A DNA stretch of 63,938 nucleotides, filler included, from Jimgerdemannia flammicorona (Eukaryota), in NCBI GenBank assembly GCA_003990765.1. It is 2 parts of 2 records of this genome, joined end to end, with 100 filler letters (N's around TTAATTAATTAA, not from the genome) between each part and the next. Parts side by side here need not be neighbours in the genome. Positions count along the whole stretch, not along the records: positions 1 to 31,942 come from RBNJ01000370.1; positions 32,043 to 63,938 come from RBNJ01000373.1. One strand, 5' to 3'. Under the pieces are notes generated by a model. That model had not been told where the DNA came from and did no database searches. It saw nothing but the letters and a program-made list of their open reading frames with translations. The translations under genes were made by a program, and so were the position numbers. Position 1 is the stretch's first letter. Each line of letters starts with the position of its first letter. Below are positions 26,290 to 38,218 of the stretch, piece after piece.

Positions 26290-26600
26290 GCATCCAAGGT
26301 GATGGTTTGACATAACGTGTTCCACTGTCCGTCCTTCAACTGGAAATGGCCAATGGTGATCCCATACTCGGAGTTGCAGTTGGTCTCGGCGCAAAGCGTC
26401 GGGTCTTGGGGCGTCCGCGGGAGGTAGGCATACGCGATACCGCCACCCACCTTCTGCTACATGTAACGTATGCTCCAGCCGAGTGCATCGTTGCCGCCGG
26501 AGCAGGTGACGTGACCAGCAATGAGGCCGGGGAGTTTGCCACCTAATCCGATGATGAAGTGACAGAAGCTTTTGCATTCGTGATTTGGGTGAATGATACG
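26290..26600 (-). pseudogene. Polysaccharide lyase family 14-like fragment
   Basis: GGKLPGLIAGHVTCSGG...WSIRYM*, then after a frameshift AYAYLP...LCAETNCNSEYGITIGHFQLKDGQWNTLCQTITL. This follows the PL14 pattern GGKLPGL / RxMWR / YxYLP / C..xYG. Truncated. Confidence 0.8.
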
Positions 26601-26789
26601 ATAAGGCACACCCAGAAATACCCACCAAAAAATGAACACGTTTTTTACGAACCTTTGACCCAAACGAACCCAGCAGGGAAGTAAACTTGGTATTCGAGAA
26701 TTAACGTGTGATTTCCGTCAGGGATATCTATCGGCTATGCGAGGAAGCCGGTTCCTCCAACAGAGATGGATGGAGAAAATTGATATCTC

Positions 26790-27395
26790 AACAGAAATCA
26801 ATTACAATACAATCAGGTGCACATATACTAATGTAGTAAACATAAGGTAGGAACCAGTCCGCCTGACGTGCCACTGCCAATAAACATCGAGAAACGGATG
26901 AAGCTCGATATTGGCAACAACCTGGATAAATATGGCGTTGTCCAGAATTCAAAAGCCGTGTTGTAGACATTGTTGACTAGGGTAGTAATTTCAGGAAAGT
27001 GCGATTAGTTTGGGGTTTGTTCCTCAAAGCCATCGGAAAATTCACATGATTTAATTAAATGCCTGTCTACTCACGAAGTGCGATGAGGACGTTAAAGAGC
27101 AGAGACCACGACAAAGATAAACATCACACACGTAATGCTGGGTCCGATTGGTATCTACGCACATGTGTTGTGTGCATATATGTATAAGTCACTTGGACAG
27201 ATGACAAGTCACGGCTCACATGGAAACACACTCAGCCGAAACCAGCTTAAAAGCGCACTTGCTAGATGGAGATAATTGGCATGGGTTCAGCAAGCATGAG
27301 GTTGCTTACGTATACGAATGTACCGAGCTCGAAGAGGTTGGATAGAGTGACAATGTATGCTCGGAAACGATGGCAACTCTGTAATGAGAGGGATA
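26790..27395 (-). pseudogene. Inverted fragment of a third TRP-like copy (exon 3, 6 and 7 remnants)
   Basis: Minus-strand CHRFRAYIVTLSNLFELG, the exon-6 nucleotide match gataccaatcggacccagc, and RQADWFLPYVYYI. Homology ends in intron 7. Confidence 0.85.
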
Positions 27396-27844
27396 TCTCG
27401 TAACCTTTTCTGGAATTTAAAATTCTGGCGGAGTTCCGTTCAGACATACTGCGGAACAGTTGAAGATATAAAAGAAAGGACCTACTTGAGATCTAATAAT
27501 TTATTCCACTTCAGTTTACCACCCACCTTCGACATTCTTCAAAATGACTCGCACTCGCGCTTGGCTCCGCGGCCGACGCAATCGTTCACCCAAAAGTTGT
27601 AGCCACCAAGAGGTTTGAGCATTCCATCTTGGTCCTCCTCAAATGGAACGGTCATCAAAGTACCTGGAAGAAAGATTGGGGCATCACTCACAACTCGTTC
27701 GGTCAGAGTGAGTGACTTGGTGTTACTCACTGTAAGCACGTGACATTTGTCTATGTCATTCTATAAACGTCATCAATTACTACGTCACGTAAATACTAGA
27801 CTCTAGCTCCTTCTCCCTCCACTTCATCCGAATTACAACAATTT

Positions 27845-28460
27845 CAACAAAACCAATGTCTTACTTTTTTTTTTTGCTTTTCTTTTTTTGTTGTTTTTTG
27901 TTTTTTTATTTTGTTTTTTTTCTCCTTCTCCGAACGATGATGAAATGGAAGCTTACGAAAAATAGCCACAAAAATAAAGAGGATCTCAACAGCGACAAAA
28001 ATCCTAAAGTGGCATTTCTCGGATGGTAGGTTTCGCACCAGCATAGTTTTCCATCCATCGCCTCTTTCACATACACAGTGTTTGAAACTATTCCCAACGC
28101 AGTCGAGGCTCTGTTCGACCAGAATCCAACTGAGGATCAATTGGATCACCTTCGGGGGACTGACAATCGACGTTGTCCGGGCCTTCTCCTCAGGTTGGTG
28201 GTACGGCGAGTACGAGAGCAGGCAGGGGATTTTTCAATCTAACTTTGTTGGCCCCTGCACGGAGGAGTCGCAATATCTCTCTGTGGTCTCAGAACCTACC
28301 ATGTCCGATACGAGGTTAAGCACCGAGGCACTGATCAACGTGCAGAATGACGGGAGGAGATTGAGACTGAAGTAATCTGATTGCGCCTGTTGGGGGCCTG
28401 GGGTGCGTTTGTGTATTTTCTGGAAAAATGGGGTATATTTCTATTTTTCGAAGCTTTAGA
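27845..28460 (+). pseudogene. Remainder of the third TRP-like copy (intron 7, exon 8, SH3 exon 9)
   Basis: Matches 21560-22250: TIDVVRAFSSGWWYGEYESRQGIFQSNFVGPCTEESQY. Frameshifted. Confidence 0.85.
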
Positions 28461-28659
28461 CAACATGTCATCAAAAGCTGTGCAATTGTCAAACGATCTG
28501 TTTTTTTTTTTTTTTAATGTAACAAAGATGGTAGCAATTCTGCCATTCTGAAGGATCTTAGGATACGAAAAGAGTTTTATTTATTTTACCATAAGCAAGG
28601 TTCTTAGTATGGCCGTTTCATAATGTAATATAATTGTATAACCGTTCCAAGTTTCGACA

Positions 28660-30470
28660 CAGCTGATATCCAAGCCACGATCTGCTAACCGTACTCGCCG
28701 ATCGATGCGATTCCTTGACAACACGGCTAATCGCGATCATTTGCATTAAACACATTTGACTTAGATTGCGATTTTATATAAATAACATACCTCCGAAATA
28801 ATGAGCACACAACGCTTCATAATCGCGCTTTTTATTGGATTATATTTTAGCTTACAACACTGTGTTGTGTGTACTCTGGACTTTGGGACGGTGTACTTGA
28901 CATTGCGGACAGTCATTCACGCGAGCCAATTTACTCTTTATCAATACACATCGATGTAATTGCGCCCACCAGCGTGAATAACGAAAATTCGACAGGTCCT
29001 ATCCGTAGCACAAGGGACCTGGGAGGACTACTTCGGTCAAATAGCAATCTTCCGCCCAACCCTGTTCGCCCCACAGTGTCTCCACACTTCGCTCGAGCAT
29101 TTGGACAGCAAGGCCCGACCCCCTACACCGGCAGCTTACCTAATGCCGCAGCCGAATTTTTCGACGAACCCTTTGGTAGTTTTGTTGATACAGAGACGAC
29201 TGCGCCGATCACAATGGCCGCCTCGGCAACAAAGCGCGATGAGGAGATAATGGAGATAGTATGAAAGGCGGTTAGCGCGGCAATGAACGAGTAAATGTAA
29301 CAGCGACGGACGGCCAATGTCCAGTACTATGAATGCGAAGAAGGGCATATGCTAGGCTCTGTTCGCTTAGGAACGGCAACTACGAGAGCCGGCGTAGCCC
29401 ACGCCCAACCCGGTTACCGGCGCGAACTATTTGCCCATCTATAATTCTAACCCCCACCGCATATTACGTAAGCATCCCCTAACTAATAAAGCTTACCCGA
29501 CGACGATGCCTGTCTGTTTCAAACCTATAGCGTGAAAATAATGCGCAAGGAATCAGAGATCATCGTAGAGGTGCCAAGGACAATGGACGGAGGCCTTGAC
29601 AGAAGGACAAGCAATACCTCGGACGGAGAGAATCACGATGAAGAAGACAAAGATGGCGTTCTCTATGGAAGCGGATCCATCAGTAATACGGAGCTGGTTG
29701 CTGGCCTAGACAAGACCCAGCTGCACGACCTTATGACCGTCCTTGACGACACTTCGACGATGAAGAAACGATCAGCATGCAAGCATTCAGGCTTCCTCAG
29801 CCCAGAACACATTGCCCGTGGAGACAATTCGTGAATCATACTTCACCCAAAGAAGGCGAGGAAGAGGAAGTCAGTGTGCAAGCATTCGACGCGGAGCCCG
29901 AAACCCTTGCCAATACGGAGTTGACCGCCGCAGACGATCTAGATGAAAGACCGATGGATGTTGAGAAAAAGATCAGCACGGAAGTCGACAATGCTCAACC
30001 CCCAGACCCCGCAGACCCCGAGACTCCGAAATAACTGACGCCAATTTTTCCAAACGATAGACCTTCCCATAAACCCTCTAACGGTGACGGAAATGACGTT
30101 TTGGTAAACCTTCCCTAACAGTGACGGGAATAACGTTTTGGCAAGGCGCCTAGCCCACCTCCACTATATGGGTTTATTTTCACCCAGGCAACGATGCGCA
30201 CCTACCTATGTCCGAAAGGTCAAGGTGCCCGTTTGGTCCTGGTCGAGACAATCGGTATACGTGCCGAGGTAGCTCCTCCTGCTAGCAAGATGGCACGAAT
30301 CAGAAGCGAGCAGACACGCTTATGACACATATGGTTTCCGCCAGTCATCGAAGGAGATGACGCGCCGCCATGGGAAACGCAACGGGCAAGTGAAGATGGG
30401 CCATGAGAATGGATCTACGGGGGTAAGGCGTGGCGTGGCATACGAAAGCGGTCGAGATCTGATAAGGTTT
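28660..30470 (+). pseudogene. Module X copy C
   Basis: Similar to copies A and B. Knuckle-like cag tac tat gaa tgc gaa gaa ggg cat at gct agg ctc tgt at ~29320-29362. Confidence 0.7.
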
Positions 30471-30524
30471 ATCTGACGAAGCATTGCGTCACCATGCCGC
30501 CTTCAACTAATTATATATATATAT

Positions 30525-31060
30525 ACAACACCGCCCACCGTCCCAGCCAACGTTTTTGTCCATGTCGAGACTTCTACCGATATCGTTATTCAGTCACCCG
30601 TTATATCTCGACATTCAGCCGCCTCCCTGGCTAAACCGACATTAACCCAACCACTTTTGCTGAATGGGGCTCCGCGAGACGTTGTCCTTGCCCAACACCA
30701 GTTCCCCGACTCGCCGCCATTCCCATCCCCATCTCCCTTGACGTTCGACTTCATCATCGCTCCCTAGACGTTCGACTTCATCGTCACTCCCTAGACGTTC
30801 GACTTCATCGTCGCTCCCTAGACGTTCGACTTCATCGTCGCTCAGTCCCCGCCTGGATAATAATGTTCGAAACACAAAACTCGCACATCGGCAAACCGCA
30901 CAGGAAACAGCAAAGGAGGAATACCAGAGGAAAGAAACTCGGCAGGAGCAGAATAGTCGACTAATGCTACGCTTTGTTTTCTTCATTCCTGCATTCCTTC
31001 CTACCTCGCCTCTCTCTACCCTTGTTCTCTGTTCCGCATATCAAATAATAATGAATTTCA
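30525..31060 (+). pseudogene. Module Y copy with a 24-bp tandem expansion
   Basis: Homologous to 15345-16040. Unit GACGTTCGACTTCATCGTCGCTCCCTA-like is repeated four times at ~30740-30843. Confidence 0.6.
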
Positions 31061-31854
31061 AAAAAGATGGCACGATCGGGGTGGTCGGCGACGGACAGGA
31101 GCTGCCATAGATGGTCATGTTCAGAATCATCCGTCGTTGACATTCTTCCGAAGTGTATTCAAATCTTTGTGCTTTTTATCCTTGTTCTCTACCGACCCTT
31201 CGTAACCTAGTGATCACTAGATATGGCAAAAAGGCCTCATAGAAATATTATTTAGTTGTTATTATATATATGCATGAGGCAATATTCTCTAGTTATACTC
31301 TAACAGAGCTTCAATAATAATAATAATAAGGTTCGTTAAGATTGGAATGGCCTGTGTGTTGTCAAAGTGCGAACTGTCTTTTGCTAGACCATATTAACCG
31401 CAGAACGGCGATTATGAAATGATTACTAACCACAAGGCGATGATTAACCTCACGATCAACCGCAATTAGGTTGATTGGTATTATGCAGATAGTCTAGTCG
31501 GCGCTCATTCTTTTCCGCAGTTAATCGGCATTGCTCGTCGTTCTATAATCGTCGTTCTGTCGTACTGCTGGACCTGATTCGAATACTAAGATGGGCATTC
31601 GGAATATTCTGGAATATGGAAGTTCTCGAATTGATCAGTATTTCCCAGCGTCTGGAAAGAAGCAGCCGAAATTCTTCAAACAGCATATCATGTATCGTGC
31701 GTCGTCAACATTTCAAATTTTCTGGTATCCGCTCCAGGTGTATCTGCTTTGGTTGTATCTGCATAGAAATTGGCTGCAGAGAAGGTAAGATCTCGATGTA
31801 TATTCAAAAAAAAATCGAGAATTTTAATTACACATGACTTTGCCACTTCACTAT

Positions 31855-31942
<88 letters not shown>

Positions 31943-32042
31943 NNNNNNNNNNNNNNNNNNNNNNNNNNNNNNNNNNNNNNNNNNNNTTAATTAATTAANN
32001 NNNNNNNNNNNNNNNNNNNNNNNNNNNNNNNNNNNNNNNNNN
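31943..32042. other. Assembly gap / artificial contig linker
   Basis: 44 N + TTAATTAATTAA (stops in all six frames) + 44 N, flanked by long poly-T and poly-A runs. Confidence 0.97.
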
Positions 32043-32161
32043 AAAAAAAAAAAAAAAAAAAAAAAAAGTCTAAAAAAACATAAAAACTAACCCAAAAATT
32101 AAATAAAAATTATTATAAGAAAAAAAAAAAAATTTAAAAAAAAAAATAGGTGAGGAGGGGT

Positions 32162-32192
<31 letters not shown>

Positions 32193-33606
32193 CTTCTGTC
32201 TTATAGTAGAGAGATGAGAATTGAGTAACTGATATATTTGTAAAGATATACTCCTTATCTTTATATTCTCAGATATTCAGAGATCTCTATAGTACTTATA
32301 GACTCTTCTCAAATAACTGTTCTTACTATCTAACTTATAATATATAGCAGCTATATTTGATATATCTGTTAAATATATAGAAGCAGTATATAGTACTAGT
32401 CAAAGCTAAGATAAGATAGTGAGCAGACAGATTTGAGACAAATGAGAGACTAGCTAGTAATTAGAGTAAAGAGAGTAGTAGAGATGAGAAGATAGTATAG
32501 AGAGAAGTAGTATGAAGAAGACATCATTAGGATAAGATAGAGTTTATAGGAGTCATATCTTTTCATTGATATGGATTTATAAATTAGAAATTTAATAATT
32601 AATTTATTTGCAATTTGTAACAAAATATTTATAATTTAATATATAGTTTATTATTCTGAATTCTACTAATATAGATAATAATTCCTCTATCAAATTCTTC
32701 TACTTCAAGCCCTAGATATGTCTGCAAGGTTAATTGTACTAGCTATGTTTAATATTAAGTATTGTGTGACTCTTTTAGTATAGTATGATAAATTTGAATC
32801 AGAGATTAATGATCTCTTATTAAGGCTATATACTTAGATCTGAGGCTAAGAAGATAGTCATTTATAGGGTTTATATGAAAGTAGTTAAAGAGATTTATAT
32901 TTATATATCAATATTCTTCAGTTAGTTGAAGATATTTATTTAGAGAGAAAAAAATACCTAGTTTAGGTTCTTAATTCTTTTATAGTCCTTTGACCTCTAT
33001 ATAAACAATTATTACACTTTGGTCAGTCCTATGCTCAAATCTGATAATGTTATAGGATATTGTAGAAATATATCATATATATTATATCTAAGACCACCAG
33101 CTACTAGTTAATTAGCTACTATAATACTAGGGTTATAATTCTCTACTTTTTTAAGATATCATCTTATAGGCCTTATCTATAGAGAAGAGAGATATGAAAA
33201 AGATATAAGTGTTGGCATTATTTTTTTATTTATTATAATTTTTAGAAGAGTATAAGAGGGTGAGATAATTCTAGTAAATATAAGATATATTTGAGAATAT
33301 ATATTTATACTTAATAATAATAGGGAGAGATTAGTATATTGAGTTTATTTCAGATTTAATATACTTTGTTCTTCTTTTCATCTCTGATCAGTACTTATAT
33401 CTCAATATCAAATATATATAAGAATTCTAGTCTACCAAATCTGACTTCCTCTAGTAACTCTATCTACTCAGATAACTGCTAAGTCTAAATGTGTCCATAG
33501 TTTTATACCATTCCAATATCATCTAAGACTAAATTAAAATACTATATAAGTATACCTAATTAATATTTCAGAGAAGTCAAAGGACTGAGATCTATATTAT
33601 TTATAT

Positions 33607-35159
33607 TGTTACATAGTGATCACTGAGTCCTTCAAATATGTCAGATTCTTTTCAAGATATATCTCTTAGACTAACCACAAGTTTGTTATAAGCAAGTTCT
33701 TATTGGAGTATCTTCCTAAGATGTTATAGTCCTCAAATTTCTTATCTTTAAATTGTCTTATTATCTCTTATATTGTTTGCATAGAATTGAGTATAAGTAA
33801 ACTGGAACTAGAACTGACTTTATTTCAAAGAAAATAAGAGGGGTATTTATACAAAAAATATAATTCAATAGTTGTTAATTATGTATAAAGCTAAATATAA
33901 ATTCCAATAATTAAATAAAATACTAGAATATTGAAAACTATGGTTATAAGTATAAATTCAAGTATCTGACAAATAGTTATACAAGTTCAGGATATCAGTA
34001 GATTTCAGTAGTATAGGAAAAAAATATCTGAAGCTTCAGGTGTTATAGAAAAAGAATGCTAGTAGAATTCAGTTATACAGAAAAAGAATACCAGAAGATT
34101 TTGTTGTTATCAAGAACTTAAAGCAGAATGTTCAGAACCATGAAGGCTTTATTTTCATCACTGCTGAAGGAAATGAGATCTGTGAACATTATGTCTATTT
34201 TGTATATTTTGTATATATTATACAGAATGATATTATCACTGATGACATCATTATGTTTAGCAGTAGTAGAAGCTCTCCAATCTATGACATTCTCTTTCAC
34301 AAAATAAGGAACAAATGTGGGGTCTTCAGAAGCTCTAATCTAGATGCTGGGGCCTTAGAATACTGAGATCAATCCTTATATAAATTGATCTGAATTATCC
34401 TAAAGAATGGGATACTAGAACTCTTCTACTTTATCACTATTAAGAGTGATAGTGGACTGGACTTCTGTGGCCACCATAGCCTCCAGTACATCAGTATAGC
34501 AGGCTGACAGTTTCTTGAAATCTGAGATTCTAGTGTACTCTAAGTTGGAGATTGACCATAGTATATACCTGAAGACCTGATAAATCTTCTTGATTGTTCT
34601 TATTTTATATGTATCTATGAGAGTGGTATCTTATATTTCTTAGAGACTGGCCTGAGAGAATTCTCATTAGAGGAGGTTCTCTATTTTATATTCCTGCCAT
34701 ATTCAGAGACATTCAGTAGTAATAGTGATCCTTGTTTCCATTTTATAGTAGTAGAGAATATAATGATAAGAGTCACTAGTATCCAGATTGAGACTAGGAG
34801 TCCATCTTGTCCAGATTCTCATGGCTCTTCTGATATCTTAGAACATCCTTTTCTAGACTGAGGGACCTTGGTAGTTCCTGGACCTTGAGGTTTAGTGAGC
34901 AGCAGGCATTTGTTTGTAGTAAGTCTTTGGATCTATTTCTGTGAGCTTTGTTTAGGTTGCTACTACTGCAGTTTCTTGATTCTTCTTTTATATTTTATAA
35001 GATATCTATCTATGGTCATGATGACTTATAGTTGGTCATCATTACTCATCTTATAGTCTGGGTGAGTCATGTCATATAATCTTCTGTACTCTGATCTGAT
35101 TACTTGTAAGAAAAGGCTGTCTCCTATATTAATGTCATCATTCTGAGATCACTATTACA
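33607..35159 (-). repeat. 3' LTR of Gypsy family 1
   Basis: TG...CA termini, direct repeat of 40832-42380, adjacent to the PPT. Confidence 0.93.
34118..34909 (-). pseudogene. Decayed 263-aa ORF encoded inside the LTR
   Basis: ATG at 34909 to TAA at 34118 is exactly 264 codons with no indel. Internal stops are TAA/TAG/TGA, and several are CAA or CAG in the sister LTR (41335-42130). Confidence 0.75.
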
Positions 35160-35202
35160 TCTTTCTCCTGAATAAGGATCTTCTCTTAAATATCCTTATT
35201 TA

Positions 35203-35499
35203 TTAGTCCAGTGCTGATTCCATAACCTCTATCAGAGAGTCAAAAAGTGATATTTATGGACTGGTATCTTCTTTATATATTTTGATATGATGGTTAAGGG
35301 TTGCTCCATTCATATAGAGCAAGAATCTAATTCTGATCTTGACCAATCAGTTGACAGTTCAAACTTCTCTAGCTTTGAAAGTTTCATGGATAAGTAGTTA
35401 CTAGTGCCATATCTCTTAGAAAATAGTCCAGACAGATTGCCTGCTGGTCACAGGACATGCTGTTATGATTTATGGACTCAGAACCTCATGGGTAATCAT
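35203..35499 (-). pseudogene. Decayed ~98-aa accessory ORF between integrase and the PPT
   Basis: MITHEVLSP*IITACPV...LIEVMESALD*, 99 codons in one frame. All internal stops are explicable as CAA/CAG/CGA to T. Confidence 0.55.
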
Positions 35500-38218
35500 T
35501 ATGTTTTACTTCTCTTATATAGGTTCATGGTACTTCTTGAGTCTGTTTCTATATATCATAATAGGCAGTATAGTTCCTGAGAGTTTTTTAAGCCAGAAGA
35601 TAGTTCTCTTGATATCTTGCATGTAGAAGGGTCTGTCTCATTTGGGCTCCAGTTTTTGTAACTATGAGACTTTTATTATATTTTAATACAATAGGACCTT
35701 TTCTCTGATTTGGATGGATTTTAGGGTCTTGTAATTATTTTCTGCCTTCTTTCTTATCAGTACTTGTGACTTGATGATATAATATTTAGTCTTCTTTCTG
35801 ATTTAGTATAGTCTCCAGATTTCTGAGTCAATCTATCTTCAAGTTAGGTCTAGATTTATGGCTGAGGTTCCATTGGAATCTTCTTCTCTGAAGAGCAGTT
35901 CTCTTGGAGTCAAGTGTGTACTATGTAACTATATATCTCATAGGACAGAGAGAGAAGTTGGGAGGTAGTTATCTCAATTGTCATATGTGTCTGAGATCTT
36001 TGCCAGAATATTCTTGAGAGTCTTATTAGTTCTCTATCTATCTATTTCCTTGAGGGTGGTATGCAGTGGTCTTGATATGCTGAATCTTATTTTTATGATA
36101 TATTATCTCATAGAATCTATTGACAAATTCTATACTATGGTCTGTTGTGATTTGTTTTGGTATCTTATAGTAGCAGATGATTTCTTGGTATAGAAAGTCA
36201 GCTATAGAGAGAGCATTGACTTCTTGTAATACTCCTGCTTCTATCCATTTAGTAAAGAGATCTATAATAACTATAATATAGCAGTTTTCTGATAGTATTA
36301 CTGGTAGTAGTCTAATGATATCTATTGCAATGTGGTAGAAGAGGATAGGCTCAATTCTTGATGACCCAAGTGCCTGATCTTACTGATCTTATTTCTGTTT
36401 TTGGTACTTGTCACATCTTTTGACAAATTGGCACAGATCTTCTTTCATCTAAGGTCACCATATGGTTCTTCTTACTTTGTTGTATGTGTTGGTTCCTTCT
36501 AGGTATCCTTGTTTATGTACTTTCTTCATTACTTGATACTTCTTATGTTTGGGTATTATAAGCTTTCCTTCTTTTCTGAGTATAGTATTGTCTAGTTAAA
36601 TTTTTTCTAAGTCTAGTTGATGATAGTGATAGTCTAGAGTTCAAGGTGGTTGGGCATCTTCTACTGCCCAAGATAGCTGATTATTCATAGTATATCTCCT
36701 TATTCATATTAAGTAGTCTTGATGGGAGTATTTTGAGATATTCTTAAGAGTGCATCAGCATCAGCATTGATTCTTTCTAAGTGGTACTTGACAGTATAGT
36801 TATACTTTTGCAGCCTGTAGATTCATCTGACATATATTTCCTTAGAGTTCAGTATGTGAAATAGCTAGGTGAGAGTAGAATGGTCTGTTTAAATAGAGAG
36901 ATATTTCATAACTAGGTAGTAGTAGATCTTGTCTACTACTCAAACTACTACTAGTATTTAAGCTTATATGTATGACTCATAGTTCTGTTCTGCTCTACAG
37001 ATATCTTAGCTTATATAGGAGATAACATATTTATGTTCATCTTTCTTCTGAGCTAGGACTGCTCTAAGTTCTATAGTACTTACATCTGTCTGCAGGATGA
37101 ACTCTAGATTTCAATCTGGTCTTCTGAGAATAGGTGTTTGGGTCAATCTAGTCTTGAGTTTATTGAAGGTTTCTTGACATTCCTTGGTCCATTCAAATTT
37201 GGTCTCCTTCTTCAGTAGCTTATAGATAGGTGCTGTAATGTTGGAGTATTCTTTGATGAATCTTCTATAGTAAGAGGCCAGTCTAAGGAAGACATAGACT
37301 TCTATAGTTATTTTGGGTCTTGGGGAGGCTGCAATAGTCTCAATTTTCATCGGATCTGTGTGAATTCTAGTCTGGTTGATAATGTGTCCTAGGTAGGTGA
37401 TTTCCTGAGCTGCAAACTTATATTTCTTAGTCTTGATGTAGAGGCCATGCTCTTTGAGCTTCTTGAGAGCCAGCTGTATATAGTTGATATGTTCCCATGC
37501 AGTGTTGCTGAAGATGATCACATTATCAATATAGACAAAGAGCTATTTTCCAATCTCATTGCTGAAGACTCTGTTCATTATTTACTAAAAACTTACTGGA
37601 GTATTATATATTCCAAATGGCATTCACATAGACATAGGTGGTATTAGGTGTGATGAAGGTTGATTTCTCACTAGTATCTTGAGTGAGACCAATTTAATGG
37701 AAGCCTGAGAACAGATCTAAGATAGTGTAGTATTTGGCTTTACTTTCAAGGGTAGTAAGGATTTTTTAAATATTTGGTAAGAGCTGCCTATCCTTCTTAG
37801 TAATTGTATTGAGCTTTCTATAATTAATGCAGAGTCTTGGGGCAAACTCTCCAGGCTTGCTTCCTTTCTTTGAGGTAAGAACAATGGGTGAAGCCCCAGG
37901 GCTGATAGCTTGCTTATTGATTTCAGCTTCTTCTATTTCCTTGAGTTCTGCTTGCAGCCATTCACTGTAGACTGGTGGTATGGGTCTGGCTTTCTGGTAG
38001 ATGGGCTTAGTATTGCTGGTGTCAACTTTATGATAGTCCTTGGGTTCTTGATTGTAGATGTCTCTAAAGTCTGTAGCAAGTACTTGATTCTGGTACAGAA
38101 TCTTGAGAAGTTGTTCTTCTAGAGAAAAGTTTTCTCCAATGGTATATGTGTACTTATTCTGATTCTTTTTTTTCTTGTGCTCAAGTTTGGTAATCTTGAT
38201 AGCAGTATAGGCTTCTCT

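Noticed and set aside
31987..31998. TTAATTAATTAA palindrome as a biological site, and flanking poly-T/poly-A as an inverted repeat
   Set aside because: It is centred in a symmetric 100-nt N pad, so it is an artificial six-frame-stop linker. The homopolymers are contig ends.
32200..33600. Possible Copia RT remnant on the minus strand (QTYLGLEV near 32700-32730)
   Set aside because: A single weak motif in very decayed sequence; not enough to call.
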